Origin: an uncultured Victivallales bacterium
GTDB lineage: Bacteria; Verrucomicrobiota; Kiritimatiellia; JAQICX01
NCBI GenBank assembly: GCA_964441455.1
Contig: CAYTUX010000145.1
Span: 1 to 38,496 of the forward strand
Direction: 5' to 3'
Length of the DNA: 38,496 nucleotides
The position numbers and the translations under genes were made by a program. Positions 10,758 to 20,275 of this stretch are shown here, piece by piece; within the stretch, counting starts at the first letter, position 1, and every line of letters starts with the position of its first letter. The notes beneath the pieces are model-generated. The model was not told the origin of the DNA. It saw only the letters and a list, made by a program, of their open reading frames with translations, and searched no databases.

Positions 10758-11162
10758 ATGGAATCATTAGCAAAAAACTGGTTTAAGAAGAAGAGTGTTG
10801 AAGGTCTCACTATAGACCAGATTTATGCGGGCATTCCATTTAAGAATGAGAAAGCAAGGATTACCAAGGTTTCAGATGGAACAGTATTGGATATACCCTT
10901 AAGGAAGCCTAAGGGTGGTTGGAAGATATTGGCTTTGGTTATGCCTTTATCAGATGAACATAGAATATTTTTAGATAAGATAGGTTCTTTGATATATGAA
11001 AGAATAGATGGTATTACTGATGTGGAGCATATTATACGCGATTTTGCAGTTGCTCATCATATCAGTCTGATTGAATCGAGGGAACTTGTTGTTGAATTTT
11101 TGAAAAAATTGTTAAAGCGTGGAGCAATTGTAATTGCTCTTGAGGAAAAGGGTCATGAATAG
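10758..11162 (+). CDS. PqqD/RRE-like small protein
   Basis: 134 aa. C-terminal half LDKIGSLIYERIDG..DVEHII..FA......E....V.EFLKKLLKRGAI fits the PqqD-family winged-helix pattern. Confidence 0.75.
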   Translation: MESLAKNWFKKKSVEGLTIDQIYAGIPFKNEKARITKVSDGTVLDIPLRKPKGGWKILALVMPLSDEHRIFLDKIGSLIYERIDGITDVEHIIRDFAVAHHISLIESRELVVEFLKKLLKRGAIVIALEEKGHE

Positions 11163-12636
11163 AGATAAAGATAAAATTGTCATTGCTAATCAGGTTCGTT
11201 TGAGCACGAAGCGAACCTTACAGATTTCTATAAATGGTATATATTATAGATTGTTCAGGTCATTAGTTACGGTTGCAATTGTTGCCGTCGCCGTTGCCTT
11301 TATGATGTATATGCTTGCCAACAGTCTTATTGGTCGTGCTGTTTATGTGGATTCTCATCAAAATTCTGTTGAGTATAAAGTTTATGATCGGTGGTTAAGC
11401 TGGATTGATCAGGATCTTACCAATGTAGATATCTTTAGAATTTTAGGAAGTTCACCAAAGGATGATTACAGAGTAGAGGCAATTGCCAAATGGGGCAATA
11501 TTGATGACGAAACACTTCAGAAGATTATGCAATTATCTAAGCGTAGCGAACCATATTTTGTCTATTATGACGAACTTTCCCCCGGCAAGAAATTTTTAAT
11601 GGCGGGAGGTATTCCGACCAAAGAATTTTTGAACTACATTGATGATGAAACAAATGCTGCAACATTTAAGGAACGTTTAGAGAAAAGCGGTGGTCTAACT
11701 TTTCCGGGGGAATTTGATGAGCTGGTTCAGCTGTCACACTTTTATGTATCACAGGACGATATATGGCAAAGAATTGCTGTTGGCAGGGCTGAGGCAGCTA
11801 GGTTGCTGAAATCCAAATATAAAGACAAATCTTTTCCTGATTATCTTGCAGATCCTCCGGATGATTTGACATCTGATTTTATTAAGCTCAGTTTTGCGGA
11901 TGAGAATGTTGATTTAGACCAAATTTATGAAAGAGCTAAGATTGCACAGGATTTAAGAGTTTTGAATGATTTATTAAGGCAAGTAAATTTCAGAAAAGAT
12001 TTAGCTCAGGCGATGCAAATTGACAATCTTAATTTAGATCTTGATGCATTTGTGAAGTTTTATGACAACAAAAAAAATCAGAAGAAATTTGCGGAATTAA
12101 TTAAAAAAAATGATATTGATTTTAATATGACTCCGGAACGAGTTTTAGAAATTTTAGAGGATTCACAGCTGAAGAGGAAAGTGATGGAGACAGAGATCAA
12201 GACAGTTAGTTATTCACGAGGGAAGTTTGGATTTAGTATAAGTGTTTTATGGCTGATTGGTGTATCATTTATTGTTTGTATTGTAGGAATTACAAACGCC
12301 ATGTTGATGTCTGTTATGGAACGTTTCAGAGAGATTGCCACAATGAAATGTTTGGGGGCAACGGATTCACTTGTGATGTCAATGTTTGTTTTCGAGTCTT
12401 GTATTCAGGGTGTTGTGGGCGGTTTTTTAGGAGCTTTACTTGCGTTAATTTTAAGTATATCCGTTGCAATGTTTCAGTATGGAGTTTCTGTATTATCCAT
12501 TTTGCCTTATGGTAACTTGGGTTTTTCCACACTGATTGCGATGGCTATTGGAGTGATTTTGGCAGCTTTGGCATCGGTTTATCCGGCATATGTGGCATCA
12601 AGACTTGCCCCTATGGAAGCAATGAGATTAGAATAA
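11155..12636 (+). CDS. MacB/FtsX-family ABC transporter permease with large extracytoplasmic domain
   Basis: N-terminal TM (RSLVTVAIVAVAVAFMM), ~300-aa soluble domain, then the FtsX signature GITNAMLMSVMERFREIATMKCLGA, 3 TMs and YPAYVASRLAPMEAMR. ATG 11155 overlaps the upstream stop. Confidence 0.9.
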   Translation: MNRDKDKIVIANQVRLSTKRTLQISINGIYYRLFRSLVTVAIVAVAVAFMMYMLANSLIGRAVYVDSHQNSVEYKVYDRWLSWIDQDLTNVDIFRILGSSPKDDYRVEAIAKWGNIDDETLQKIMQLSKRSEPYFVYYDELSPGKKFLMAGGIPTKEFLNYIDDETNAATFKERLEKSGGLTFPGEFDELVQLSHFYVSQDDIWQRIAVGRAEAARLLKSKYKDKSFPDYLADPPDDLTSDFIKLSFADENVDLDQIYERAKIAQDLRVLNDLLRQVNFRKDLAQAMQIDNLNLDLDAFVKFYDNKKNQKKFAELIKKNDIDFNMTPERVLEILEDSQLKRKVMETEIKTVSYSRGKFGFSISVLWLIGVSFIVCIVGITNAMLMSVMERFREIATMKCLGATDSLVMSMFVFESCIQGVVGGFLGALLALILSISVAMFQYGVSVLSILPYGNLGFSTLIAMAIGVILAALASVYPAYVASRLAPMEAMRLE

Positions 12637-12651
12637 TATTTAAGGTGTTTT

Positions 12652-13440
12652 ATGAGTAGTGAAATAGATAAAATAGAATATAGTGCGGCTGCCAAGACAG
12701 AAGAGGAACGTGCAGTAATTGTCAGGACTTTACGTCTGATTAAAGAGTATCATATAGGTAGTGTTACTACACAAGCATTACGTGGTGTTGATATGGTTAT
12801 ATATCGCGGAGAGATGATTGCAGTTATGGGACCTTCAGGTTCAGGCAAGTCAACCTTTTTTAATATGATTGGGGGTTTAGATTCTCCGTCTAAAGGAAGA
12901 GTATTTATCGATGAAGTTGATGTAGCCCAGTTAAGTGCAGTGGAGCTTGCATTTTTGAGATGCCATAAGATTGGTTATATTTTTCAGAGTTATAACTTGT
13001 TAAGATATATGACAGCTCTTGAAAATGTTACGGCTCCAATGGTATTTGCGGGTGTAACCGAAAAAGAAGCTCAAGAGCGTGGCATGGATTTGTTAGGGTT
13101 AGTAGGTTTGGCAGATCGCTGGCATCACAAACCAATCCAGATGTCCGGTGGACAGCAGCAGCGTGTCGCAATTGCAAGAAGTATGGCAAACAATCCGACA
13201 ATTCTTCTTTGTGATGAGCCTACAGCCAATCTTGACCTGAAAACCGGCAGGGAAATTTTAGATGTTTTAGTGAAGCTTAATAAAGAGCGCTATGTAACAG
13301 TTATATGTGCCACGCATGATCACAGAATGCTTAACATTTGTGATAGAATGATGTGGATTCGTGATGGTCAGATTGACAGAATTAAGACAAGAAATGAAGT
13401 TAAAATTGAAGTTGGTTCTATTGATGGGGAGTTAGAGTAA
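12652..13440 (+). CDS. ABC transporter ATP-binding protein (LolD/MacB-type)
   Basis: Walker A GPSGSGKS, Q-loop FQSYNL, MSGGQQQRVAIAR, Walker B LLCDEPTANLD, H-loop ATHD. Confidence 0.95.
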   Translation: MSSEIDKIEYSAAAKTEEERAVIVRTLRLIKEYHIGSVTTQALRGVDMVIYRGEMIAVMGPSGSGKSTFFNMIGGLDSPSKGRVFIDEVDVAQLSAVELAFLRCHKIGYIFQSYNLLRYMTALENVTAPMVFAGVTEKEAQERGMDLLGLVGLADRWHHKPIQMSGGQQQRVAIARSMANNPTILLCDEPTANLDLKTGREILDVLVKLNKERYVTVICATHDHRMLNICDRMMWIRDGQIDRIKTRNEVKIEVGSIDGELE

Positions 13441-13442
13441 GA

Positions 13443-16400
13443 ATGATAAAATATTTAAACAAAATTTTCAGTAAGTTTATTGTGATAGGGATATTATTTG
13501 GTCTATCTTCTTTTGCACAGGAAGTAACTGTTGATGAAGACAAAAGTAATTTTTTGGAGGGAATTCAAGTATTAACCTCCACACCTCATCGCCTTGGTGG
13601 AACCGAAGAGTTTAATTCAGCAGCAGATTATATTGTTGCAGAGCTGAAGAAAGGCGGATATACGGATGCAAACATAATTGAACAGACATTCTTTTTGCCG
13701 CAAATGCTGACGGAAGCGTCAATTACAGTTGGAGGCAAAGAGTTACCTCTCTATGGTGTACGAGCAAACTTATGGCAGGGATCTTCTTTGGAAAACAATC
13801 AGGTTGAGGCTGAATTGTTTTATGCAGGAGATGGTTCGCCGGAAGCATATGGAGACATTGATCCATTGGGGAAAATAGTATGTTTAAATTATGCTACAGC
13901 ACGAAGATGGCGTGATGCATTTGCTATGGGAGCCAAGGCAGTTATTTTTGTTGATCAGGGTGATACCCCACAGGAATTTGCACGTTATTCACCAATTACA
14001 GCTAATCTTCCGCGTTTTTATTTAACCCGTGATGATTTCAATGCTTTAGGGCTTGAAGATGGAGTTAATAAGGCAACATTGAAATCAAAGCCTGCATGGA
14101 AACGTTTGACTTCAAGAAATATTATTGCATGGTTACCCGGAACCGACCCTGTCTTTGATTTGGAAAAAGAAGAGGTAGCAATTCTGACAGCACAGCTGGA
14201 TAGTTTTGGTGATGTTCCTGAACTTGCAAATGGAGCAACCGGTGCAGCCAACAGCATAGCATTATTGGATTTAGCAAAGAAATTTCAGAATGATAAACCA
14301 AAAAGAAGCATAATGTTTGTTTTTCTTGGCGGAGAGGGGCGTCTTCTTACAGGTTCTCAAAATCTTTATAATGCAATTTTTAGAGATGAGACATTTAAAG
14401 GTTCCAGAATAACACACTCTGAATATTTAGAAAACTATATTAAGGAACAAGAGTTTATAACACAGATGAGAAAAGTTTTGAGGGCAAAGACTTTCTTTGA
14501 TGAATTTACATCTGTTTCCAGACAGGTACTATCTAAACTACGTGATTATACCCAATCTGAAAGTGGTGAGTATACAGATTTAATTAGTGAAGCCAATCTT
14601 TTGAAGATTCGTCTTGAAAAACAGGGAGATGAAGCCAATGCGGCAAAACTGGAGAATATTGAGAATCAGATTGAAGAGTGGAATACTGAAAAGGGAAAAT
14701 GGGACTCTTTAAGAAGAGCAATTGGTAAGCAGAAGCTTGATGAATCTGTTTCAGAGCAGTTAGATACTGTTATTGAGATGATTGATGAGAATCTTGAAGC
14801 CAGATATTATGAAATAGAAAAACTTATAGCTCAGAAAAAGCAGGCAAAACAAATTGCAGAACTTTTAAAAGACAAACATATTATATTCAATCTGTCTATG
14901 GATTTTTCAGGAGACGGACCACTTTGGGGATTCTCCCAGTGGGACTCTGAAGATTATCTTCCTCAGGCGTATTACAACACAGTGGGATATTATGTTAGTG
15001 TGTTTTCCGCGATAGAGAAGACTGCAGATGAACTAGGCTCCAACATAAAATATCTTCAGAAAGGCACAACAAAGATTCGTCTTGGACCTGATATGTTCTT
15101 TCCTGGAAAGAAGATGTATTCCGGCATGATTGCAGCTCGATTCGGTTTGTACGGGCTTCGGGTCGGAACATGTAGTGATGCACTTGTTTATCAGGGACAC
15201 CCTGACGACACATATCTGAACTGTAATGTTGACAAAATTTATGATTTCAGTCAGGATTTTTATACATATGCGAAAACTATGTTTTCAAGTCCAGAGTTCT
15301 CATTACGTCACAGAGTACGTAGAATGGTATCATTTTTAGATTATAAATGGGATGGAGAGCGAGTAAGCGGCAGTACCGCAATGACACGTTCAAAGGGAAG
15401 TGCAATTGCCAACACACCTGCTGCTGGAGCCATGCTCGGTATTGCTTCCCCTAAGATGTACATGGCCGGTTATGATTTGGCGGTCAGAACAGTTGTAGAA
15501 CAGAATGGTTCCTTTGTTCTCGGTCCGGTAGATTACACTAAGCTGCCCAAATCAGATTGGAATATTGTTTTGTTTGACGACGATGGTAAAGTTAATAGTT
15601 GTAATGAGCTTTTAACAACTTTTAATCGAGTTGATATGTTCCCTTGCATATTTAAATCTGTAGTTACAATGTCGCCCCCAAGTTTGACAGGTGCAAAGAC
15701 ATTAATTCTCAATGCAGCAAATGACGGAGGTTTCAGGAGTCAGGATAGTTTTGCGATGGAGACACCTTTTGTGACCTCATCGTTTATGCCTGACTCAGCA
15801 CATGGGGTGAAATATGTTAACAAATTTGGAATGCTGTTGATTAATTCCACAGAAAAAAAACCTTTGGGAGCAGGTTTTCCCGTTGCCGGAAATTTTAATT
15901 TTTCAACCACAAAAGCAACTGCACAAGATAAATTTTCAATAGATGAAAGTCGTTTAGATATTCTAAGAAAGAAAAGAATAACCAATGACTCACTAGAGTG
16001 GCTGCAGGGATTGGCTTCGACAGCACTTGAAAAGGCAGATACTGCAAAAAATATTGCCGCAAAATATGCAGAATATAATACTGCAAATCTTCTTAACAAG
16101 AGGATTTACGCACCGGTTCTTACATCAATGAACGATCTGGTTAAGGCTGTTGTTATTCTTATGATACTTATGATACCATTTGCTTATGCCCTAGAGCGAT
16201 TACTTATTGGTACACCGCATATATATAAACAGATTGGATGGTACTGTTTCTTCTTTATCGTGACATTTGTAATTCTATATAATGTTCATCCGGCCTTTGC
16301 AATTGCGACCGAGCCAATTGTTATTTTTCTGGCATTTTTGATTATAATTCTGTCTTCAATGGTTATTTTTATTTTGTTGAGTCGATTTAAGCAGGAAATC

Positions 16401-18236
16401 AAAGCAGTTCAGGGTATGGAGGTTACAGTACATACAGCAGATGTTTCAAGGTTTAGTACTATTGTTGCGGCAATTGGAATGGGTATCAGTACTATGCGTC
16501 GACGTCCGATGAGAACATTTCTGACAACAATAACAGTTATTTTATTAACATTCAGTATTTTAAGTTTTGCGAGTTTTGATGCACAGGGTGGTATTTTCAA
16601 GCGTCATGTAGGTTCATCTTCAAGTGTTAAGAGTATATTTCTGCATCATCCGGTTTGGAAAACTCTTTCAAACAGAGTTACCGACATTTCCAAGCATATA
16701 ATGAGGGGTATGGGAACAGTTACTGAAAGATATTGGCTTTCAGCGATTGATGCAGCCAGTGCACAGATTTTTTGTGTTCCAATTGCAGACCAATCAGGCG
16801 AGAAGGTTGTTAAACTTGATGCACTGGTCGGACTTGAAACGATGGATGTTTTGGGTCAGCCACAGCTTTTGGCGGCTTTTAAAGGTGATTCTTCATTTGA
16901 GATGGCGGAAGATGCGATATATTTTACAGAGACTACAGTTGAAGCTTTAGGTGTTAGCCCGGGAGACAAGGTTAATGTTATGGGATACACATTCACCTTT
17001 GCCGGAGTATTAGACCAAAACAAGCTAATCAGATTTATTCAGATTGATGATACACCTATATATCCAATTGACTACAATGATGAGTCAATGCAGAAGGATA
17101 CAGGAATGAAACTTTCAGATGAGGGTGATAATGAAGATCTTGACGCTGATTCATCTTTTTTGCCTTACCTGAACTCCTCTGTTGTTGCTTTCGTAAGCTC
17201 AAAAAGAGCAAAAGAACTGAATGGGCGTTTAGTTGCCATTAGTGTGTATCCGAATAAAGGAGTTGATATTGCACCTATTGCCGAAGAGCTTGCAAGACTG
17301 GCTCCTGCACCGGTTTATGCAACACTTGATGATGGAATATATAGACTGTATTTTACAACAATGCTTGCTACTTCCGGGCTGCAGAATATAATTATACCAA
17401 TTATTCTTGGCGGATTAATTATTTTCGGTACAATGTTAGGTTCTGTTACGGATAGAGAAAAAGAGATTTACACATTTAGTGCACTTGGTCTTGCACCGGC
17501 ACATATTGGTATGTTATTTTTTGCCGAGTCATCTGTTTACGCCGTAATAGGTGGTCTTGGCGGCTATATATTTGCCCAGTTAGTGGCAATTTTCGCCTCA
17601 TGGCTGGCCACTTTCACATCAATTCAGATTCCGGAAATGAACTACTCTTCGACAAATGCAATTTTTGCGATTTTAGTTGTTATGGCAACAGTTTTATTGA
17701 GTACAATATACCCTGCATATAGAGGAGCCAAAAGTGCTAATCCCGGAGTTGCCAGAAGTTGGAAAACACCAAAGCCTGACGGTGACAGATGGATATTTAC
17801 ATTCCCATTCACCGTTAGTGAATATGATATAACAGGTGTTATGAGTTTTCTGCTTGAACATTTCAACAACTTCAGTGATTGTTCTCTAGGAATATTTCTT
17901 GCAGAGAACAACAAAGTTACAGCAGATGGAAAACAGCTTACCTTGCAGAGCAATATTGCAACAGCACCATTTGACTTGGGAGTTACACAAGAGTTTAGAA
18001 TTACAAGTGTGCCAAGTGAAATTGAAGGTGTTGATGAAGTGCATATTTCAATTATAAGAGTAAGTGGTACACAAGGAGATTGGCGCAGAACAAACCGGCC
18101 TTTCATTAATGATTTGCGGAAACAGTTTTTGATATGGAGGTCTTTGCCTCCTGAAACAATGGAAGATTACAGAAAGAAAACCCTTGTCATGCTTGGAAGG
18201 GCAAAAGCAGATAAGGAGGTAACAAATAATGGTTAA
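13443..18236 (+). CDS. Fusion protein: signal peptide + PA/M28 peptidase-fold ectodomain + multi-TM region + FtsX-like permease + soluble C-terminal domain
   Basis: Signal-like N-terminus (...SSFA|QE). M28-like HRLGGTEE..AADYI, RNIIAWLPG, TAQLDS, KRSIMFVF. PA-like GKIV...GAKAVIF. FtsX signature GTMLGSVTDREKEIYTFSALGLAP and STIYPA. Confidence 0.82.
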   Translation: MIKYLNKIFSKFIVIGILFGLSSFAQEVTVDEDKSNFLEGIQVLTSTPHRLGGTEEFNSAADYIVAELKKGGYTDANIIEQTFFLPQMLTEASITVGGKELPLYGVRANLWQGSSLENNQVEAELFYAGDGSPEAYGDIDPLGKIVCLNYATARRWRDAFAMGAKAVIFVDQGDTPQEFARYSPITANLPRFYLTRDDFNALGLEDGVNKATLKSKPAWKRLTSRNIIAWLPGTDPVFDLEKEEVAILTAQLDSFGDVPELANGATGAANSIALLDLAKKFQNDKPKRSIMFVFLGGEGRLLTGSQNLYNAIFRDETFKGSRITHSEYLENYIKEQEFITQMRKVLRAKTFFDEFTSVSRQVLSKLRDYTQSESGEYTDLISEANLLKIRLEKQGDEANAAKLENIENQIEEWNTEKGKWDSLRRAIGKQKLDESVSEQLDTVIEMIDENLEARYYEIEKLIAQKKQAKQIAELLKDKHIIFNLSMDFSGDGPLWGFSQWDSEDYLPQAYYNTVGYYVSVFSAIEKTADELGSNIKYLQKGTTKIRLGPDMFFPGKKMYSGMIAARFGLYGLRVGTCSDALVYQGHPDDTYLNCNVDKIYDFSQDFYTYAKTMFSSPEFSLRHRVRRMVSFLDYKWDGERVSGSTAMTRSKGSAIANTPAAGAMLGIASPKMYMAGYDLAVRTVVEQNGSFVLGPVDYTKLPKSDWNIVLFDDDGKVNSCNELLTTFNRVDMFPCIFKSVVTMSPPSLTGAKTLILNAANDGGFRSQDSFAMETPFVTSSFMPDSAHGVKYVNKFGMLLINSTEKKPLGAGFPVAGNFNFSTTKATAQDKFSIDESRLDILRKKRITNDSLEWLQGLASTALEKADTAKNIAAKYAEYNTANLLNKRIYAPVLTSMNDLVKAVVILMILMIPFAYALERLLIGTPHIYKQIGWYCFFFIVTFVILYNVHPAFAIATEPIVIFLAFLIIILSSMVIFILLSRFKQEIKAVQGMEVTVHTADVSRFSTIVAAIGMGISTMRRRPMRTFLTTITVILLTFSILSFASFDAQGGIFKRHVGSSSSVKSIFLHHPVWKTLSNRVTDISKHIMRGMGTVTERYWLSAIDAASAQIFCVPIADQSGEKVVKLDALVGLETMDVLGQPQLLAAFKGDSSFEMAEDAIYFTETTVEALGVSPGDKVNVMGYTFTFAGVLDQNKLIRFIQIDDTPIYPIDYNDESMQKDTGMKLSDEGDNEDLDADSSFLPYLNSSVVAFVSSKRAKELNGRLVAISVYPNKGVDIAPIAEELARLAPAPVYATLDDGIYRLYFTTMLATSGLQNIIIPIILGGLIIFGTMLGSVTDREKEIYTFSALGLAPAHIGMLFFAESSVYAVIGGLGGYIFAQLVAIFASWLATFTSIQIPEMNYSSTNAIFAILVVMATVLLSTIYPAYRGAKSANPGVARSWKTPKPDGDRWIFTFPFTVSEYDITGVMSFLLEHFNNFSDCSLGIFLAENNKVTADGKQLTLQSNIATAPFDLGVTQEFRITSVPSEIEGVDEVHISIIRVSGTQGDWRRTNRPFINDLRKQFLIWRSLPPETMEDYRKKTLVMLGRAKADKEVTNNG

Positions 18237-20232
18237 GAATATGTTAAAAAGACCACGTAAGGATGATCTCGCAGAATATAGAAACCTAATGGATGTTCCG
18301 GATACATTTATTGATGGTTTCAACATCAGATCTTTACTTGGAGCAGTTTTTGTTGGTATGATTATGGTTCCTGGTGCAATGTATATGAGTTTACTTGCAG
18401 GTCAGGGTATTGGTCCTGCAGCACAGTGGGTGACAGTAATTCTGTTTATAGAAGTTGCACGAAGAGCACATAAGACATTACATAGAGCAGAACTGTATGT
18501 TTTATTTTATCTGGCCGGTGCTGTTATGGCTGTACCATTTTCCGGATTGTTGTGGAATCAGTTTTTTGTTCAGAGTAATGCAGCAAAGGCAGCGGGGATT
18601 GCAGATTCATTACCTTTATGGTTTGCACCTCAAGATCCTGATGTTCTTGCACAGAGAACGTTTTTTAATCTACATTGGGTTGCACCTATTGCAATTATCA
18701 TCTTTGGTCTTATAATGGGTCGTATAAATCAGTTGATTCTCGGATATGGTCTTTTCCATTTAACAAGTGATCTTGAAAATCTTCCATTTCCAATGGCCTC
18801 AGTTGGTGCTTCAGGTATTGTCGCTTTGGCAGAAGAGTCAGAGCATTCTGTTGATGCTGGAGAGAAGGAGGTTGGCTGGCGATGGCGAGTTTTCTCAATG
18901 GGCTCAGGTATTGGTATGTTATTTGGTCTTATATATATGGGATTACCGACAATATCAGGAGCCTTTCTTTCCAAACCATTGATGGCTTTTCCAATTCCTT
19001 TTCTTGATTGGACACATAAGACCGGAGCTTTTCTCCCTGCAGTTGCAACAGGTATTTCATTTGATCTCGGACAGTTTGTTATTGGTATGGTTATGCCTTT
19101 CTATGCAATGGTCGGTAGTTTCTTTGGTTTGATTGTAACTTTTGTATTGAATCCGATTCTTTATAAGCTAGGTTATCTGCCAAGTTGGAATCTTGGTGAC
19201 AACACAATAACAACATTGTTTAAAGACAACATGGATTTTTATTTCAGTTTTACTATGGGCTTGTCATTTGCAATTGCTATTGTCGGTATTATTCAGGTTG
19301 TTATTGCAATGAGAAATGCCAAGAAAAAAGGTGACGTAATGATATCAGTCAGGGAAGAACTGGCTTCAAAGGATTTGAAATCGCGTGGTGACTTCAGAAT
19401 GATTTGGGTTGTTATTGCATATATTCTGACGACATCATCATATATTCTTGTTTCCGGTTATCTTTTGAACTGGCATAAAGGTGCAATTATTGCATTTTCT
19501 GTTATCGGTTTTGTTTATTCTCCAATTATGACATATGTTCGAACAAGGCTTGAAGGTGTCATTGGTCAGACATTTGCAGTTCCGATGGTACTGCAGGCTG
19601 CACGTATTCTTAGTGGTTTTCAGGGAGCAGAAATCTGGTTTGTTCCCGTTCCTCAAGCTGAAGTTCAGACATTTGCAGTTAAGTATCGGGAGGCCGAGCT
19701 TACGGGTACAAGTTTTAAAAGTATATGGAAAGCACAGATTTTCTTGATTCCTATTATCATTGTCGGGTCAATTTTCTTTTCTAACTTTATCTGGGGTATG
19801 GCACCGATTCCATCTCCACGTTTCCCGTTCACAGAAATGATGTGGGAGTTTACAGCCATGAACGATTGTATTATGTTTTCATCTACAATGGGTGGTTATT
19901 CACAGTTTGAAGCTGCATTTAAGCCATTGCTTATTTTTAGCGGCATAGGTATCGGAGTCGTTACATTTGCTCTTTTCTCGGGGTTAGGACTGCCTCTGGT
20001 ATTTGTTTATGGTGCCGTTCGTGGTCTGGGGCAGACGTGGCCGCATACAGTTATACCTCAATTTTTAGGTGCTTTAGTCGGTCGTTTTTACTTTCAGCCT
20101 CGTTTCAAAGAAAACTGGCGAAAATATATAACAGTAGGTGCAGCCGGATTTAGTTGCGGAGCTGGGTTAATTACTATTTTAGGTGTTGGTTTTACATTTT
20201 TGAAGAATGCTGTTATTCAATTACCATTTTAG
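18229..20232 (+). CDS. OPT-superfamily-like polytopic membrane protein (putative peptide transporter)
   Basis: 667 aa with about 15 hydrophobic segments and an OPT-like motif ENLPFPMA. Strong RBS AAGGAGG at 18213-18219. Overlaps the upstream gene. Confidence 0.72.
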   Translation: MVKNMLKRPRKDDLAEYRNLMDVPDTFIDGFNIRSLLGAVFVGMIMVPGAMYMSLLAGQGIGPAAQWVTVILFIEVARRAHKTLHRAELYVLFYLAGAVMAVPFSGLLWNQFFVQSNAAKAAGIADSLPLWFAPQDPDVLAQRTFFNLHWVAPIAIIIFGLIMGRINQLILGYGLFHLTSDLENLPFPMASVGASGIVALAEESEHSVDAGEKEVGWRWRVFSMGSGIGMLFGLIYMGLPTISGAFLSKPLMAFPIPFLDWTHKTGAFLPAVATGISFDLGQFVIGMVMPFYAMVGSFFGLIVTFVLNPILYKLGYLPSWNLGDNTITTLFKDNMDFYFSFTMGLSFAIAIVGIIQVVIAMRNAKKKGDVMISVREELASKDLKSRGDFRMIWVVIAYILTTSSYILVSGYLLNWHKGAIIAFSVIGFVYSPIMTYVRTRLEGVIGQTFAVPMVLQAARILSGFQGAEIWFVPVPQAEVQTFAVKYREAELTGTSFKSIWKAQIFLIPIIIVGSIFFSNFIWGMAPIPSPRFPFTEMMWEFTAMNDCIMFSSTMGGYSQFEAAFKPLLIFSGIGIGVVTFALFSGLGLPLVFVYGAVRGLGQTWPHTVIPQFLGALVGRFYFQPRFKENWRKYITVGAAGFSCGAGLITILGVGFTFLKNAVIQLPF

Positions 20233-20275
20233 AAATTTAAAGATAAGGAGTAAGGGTTTCACCTTATAATATACT

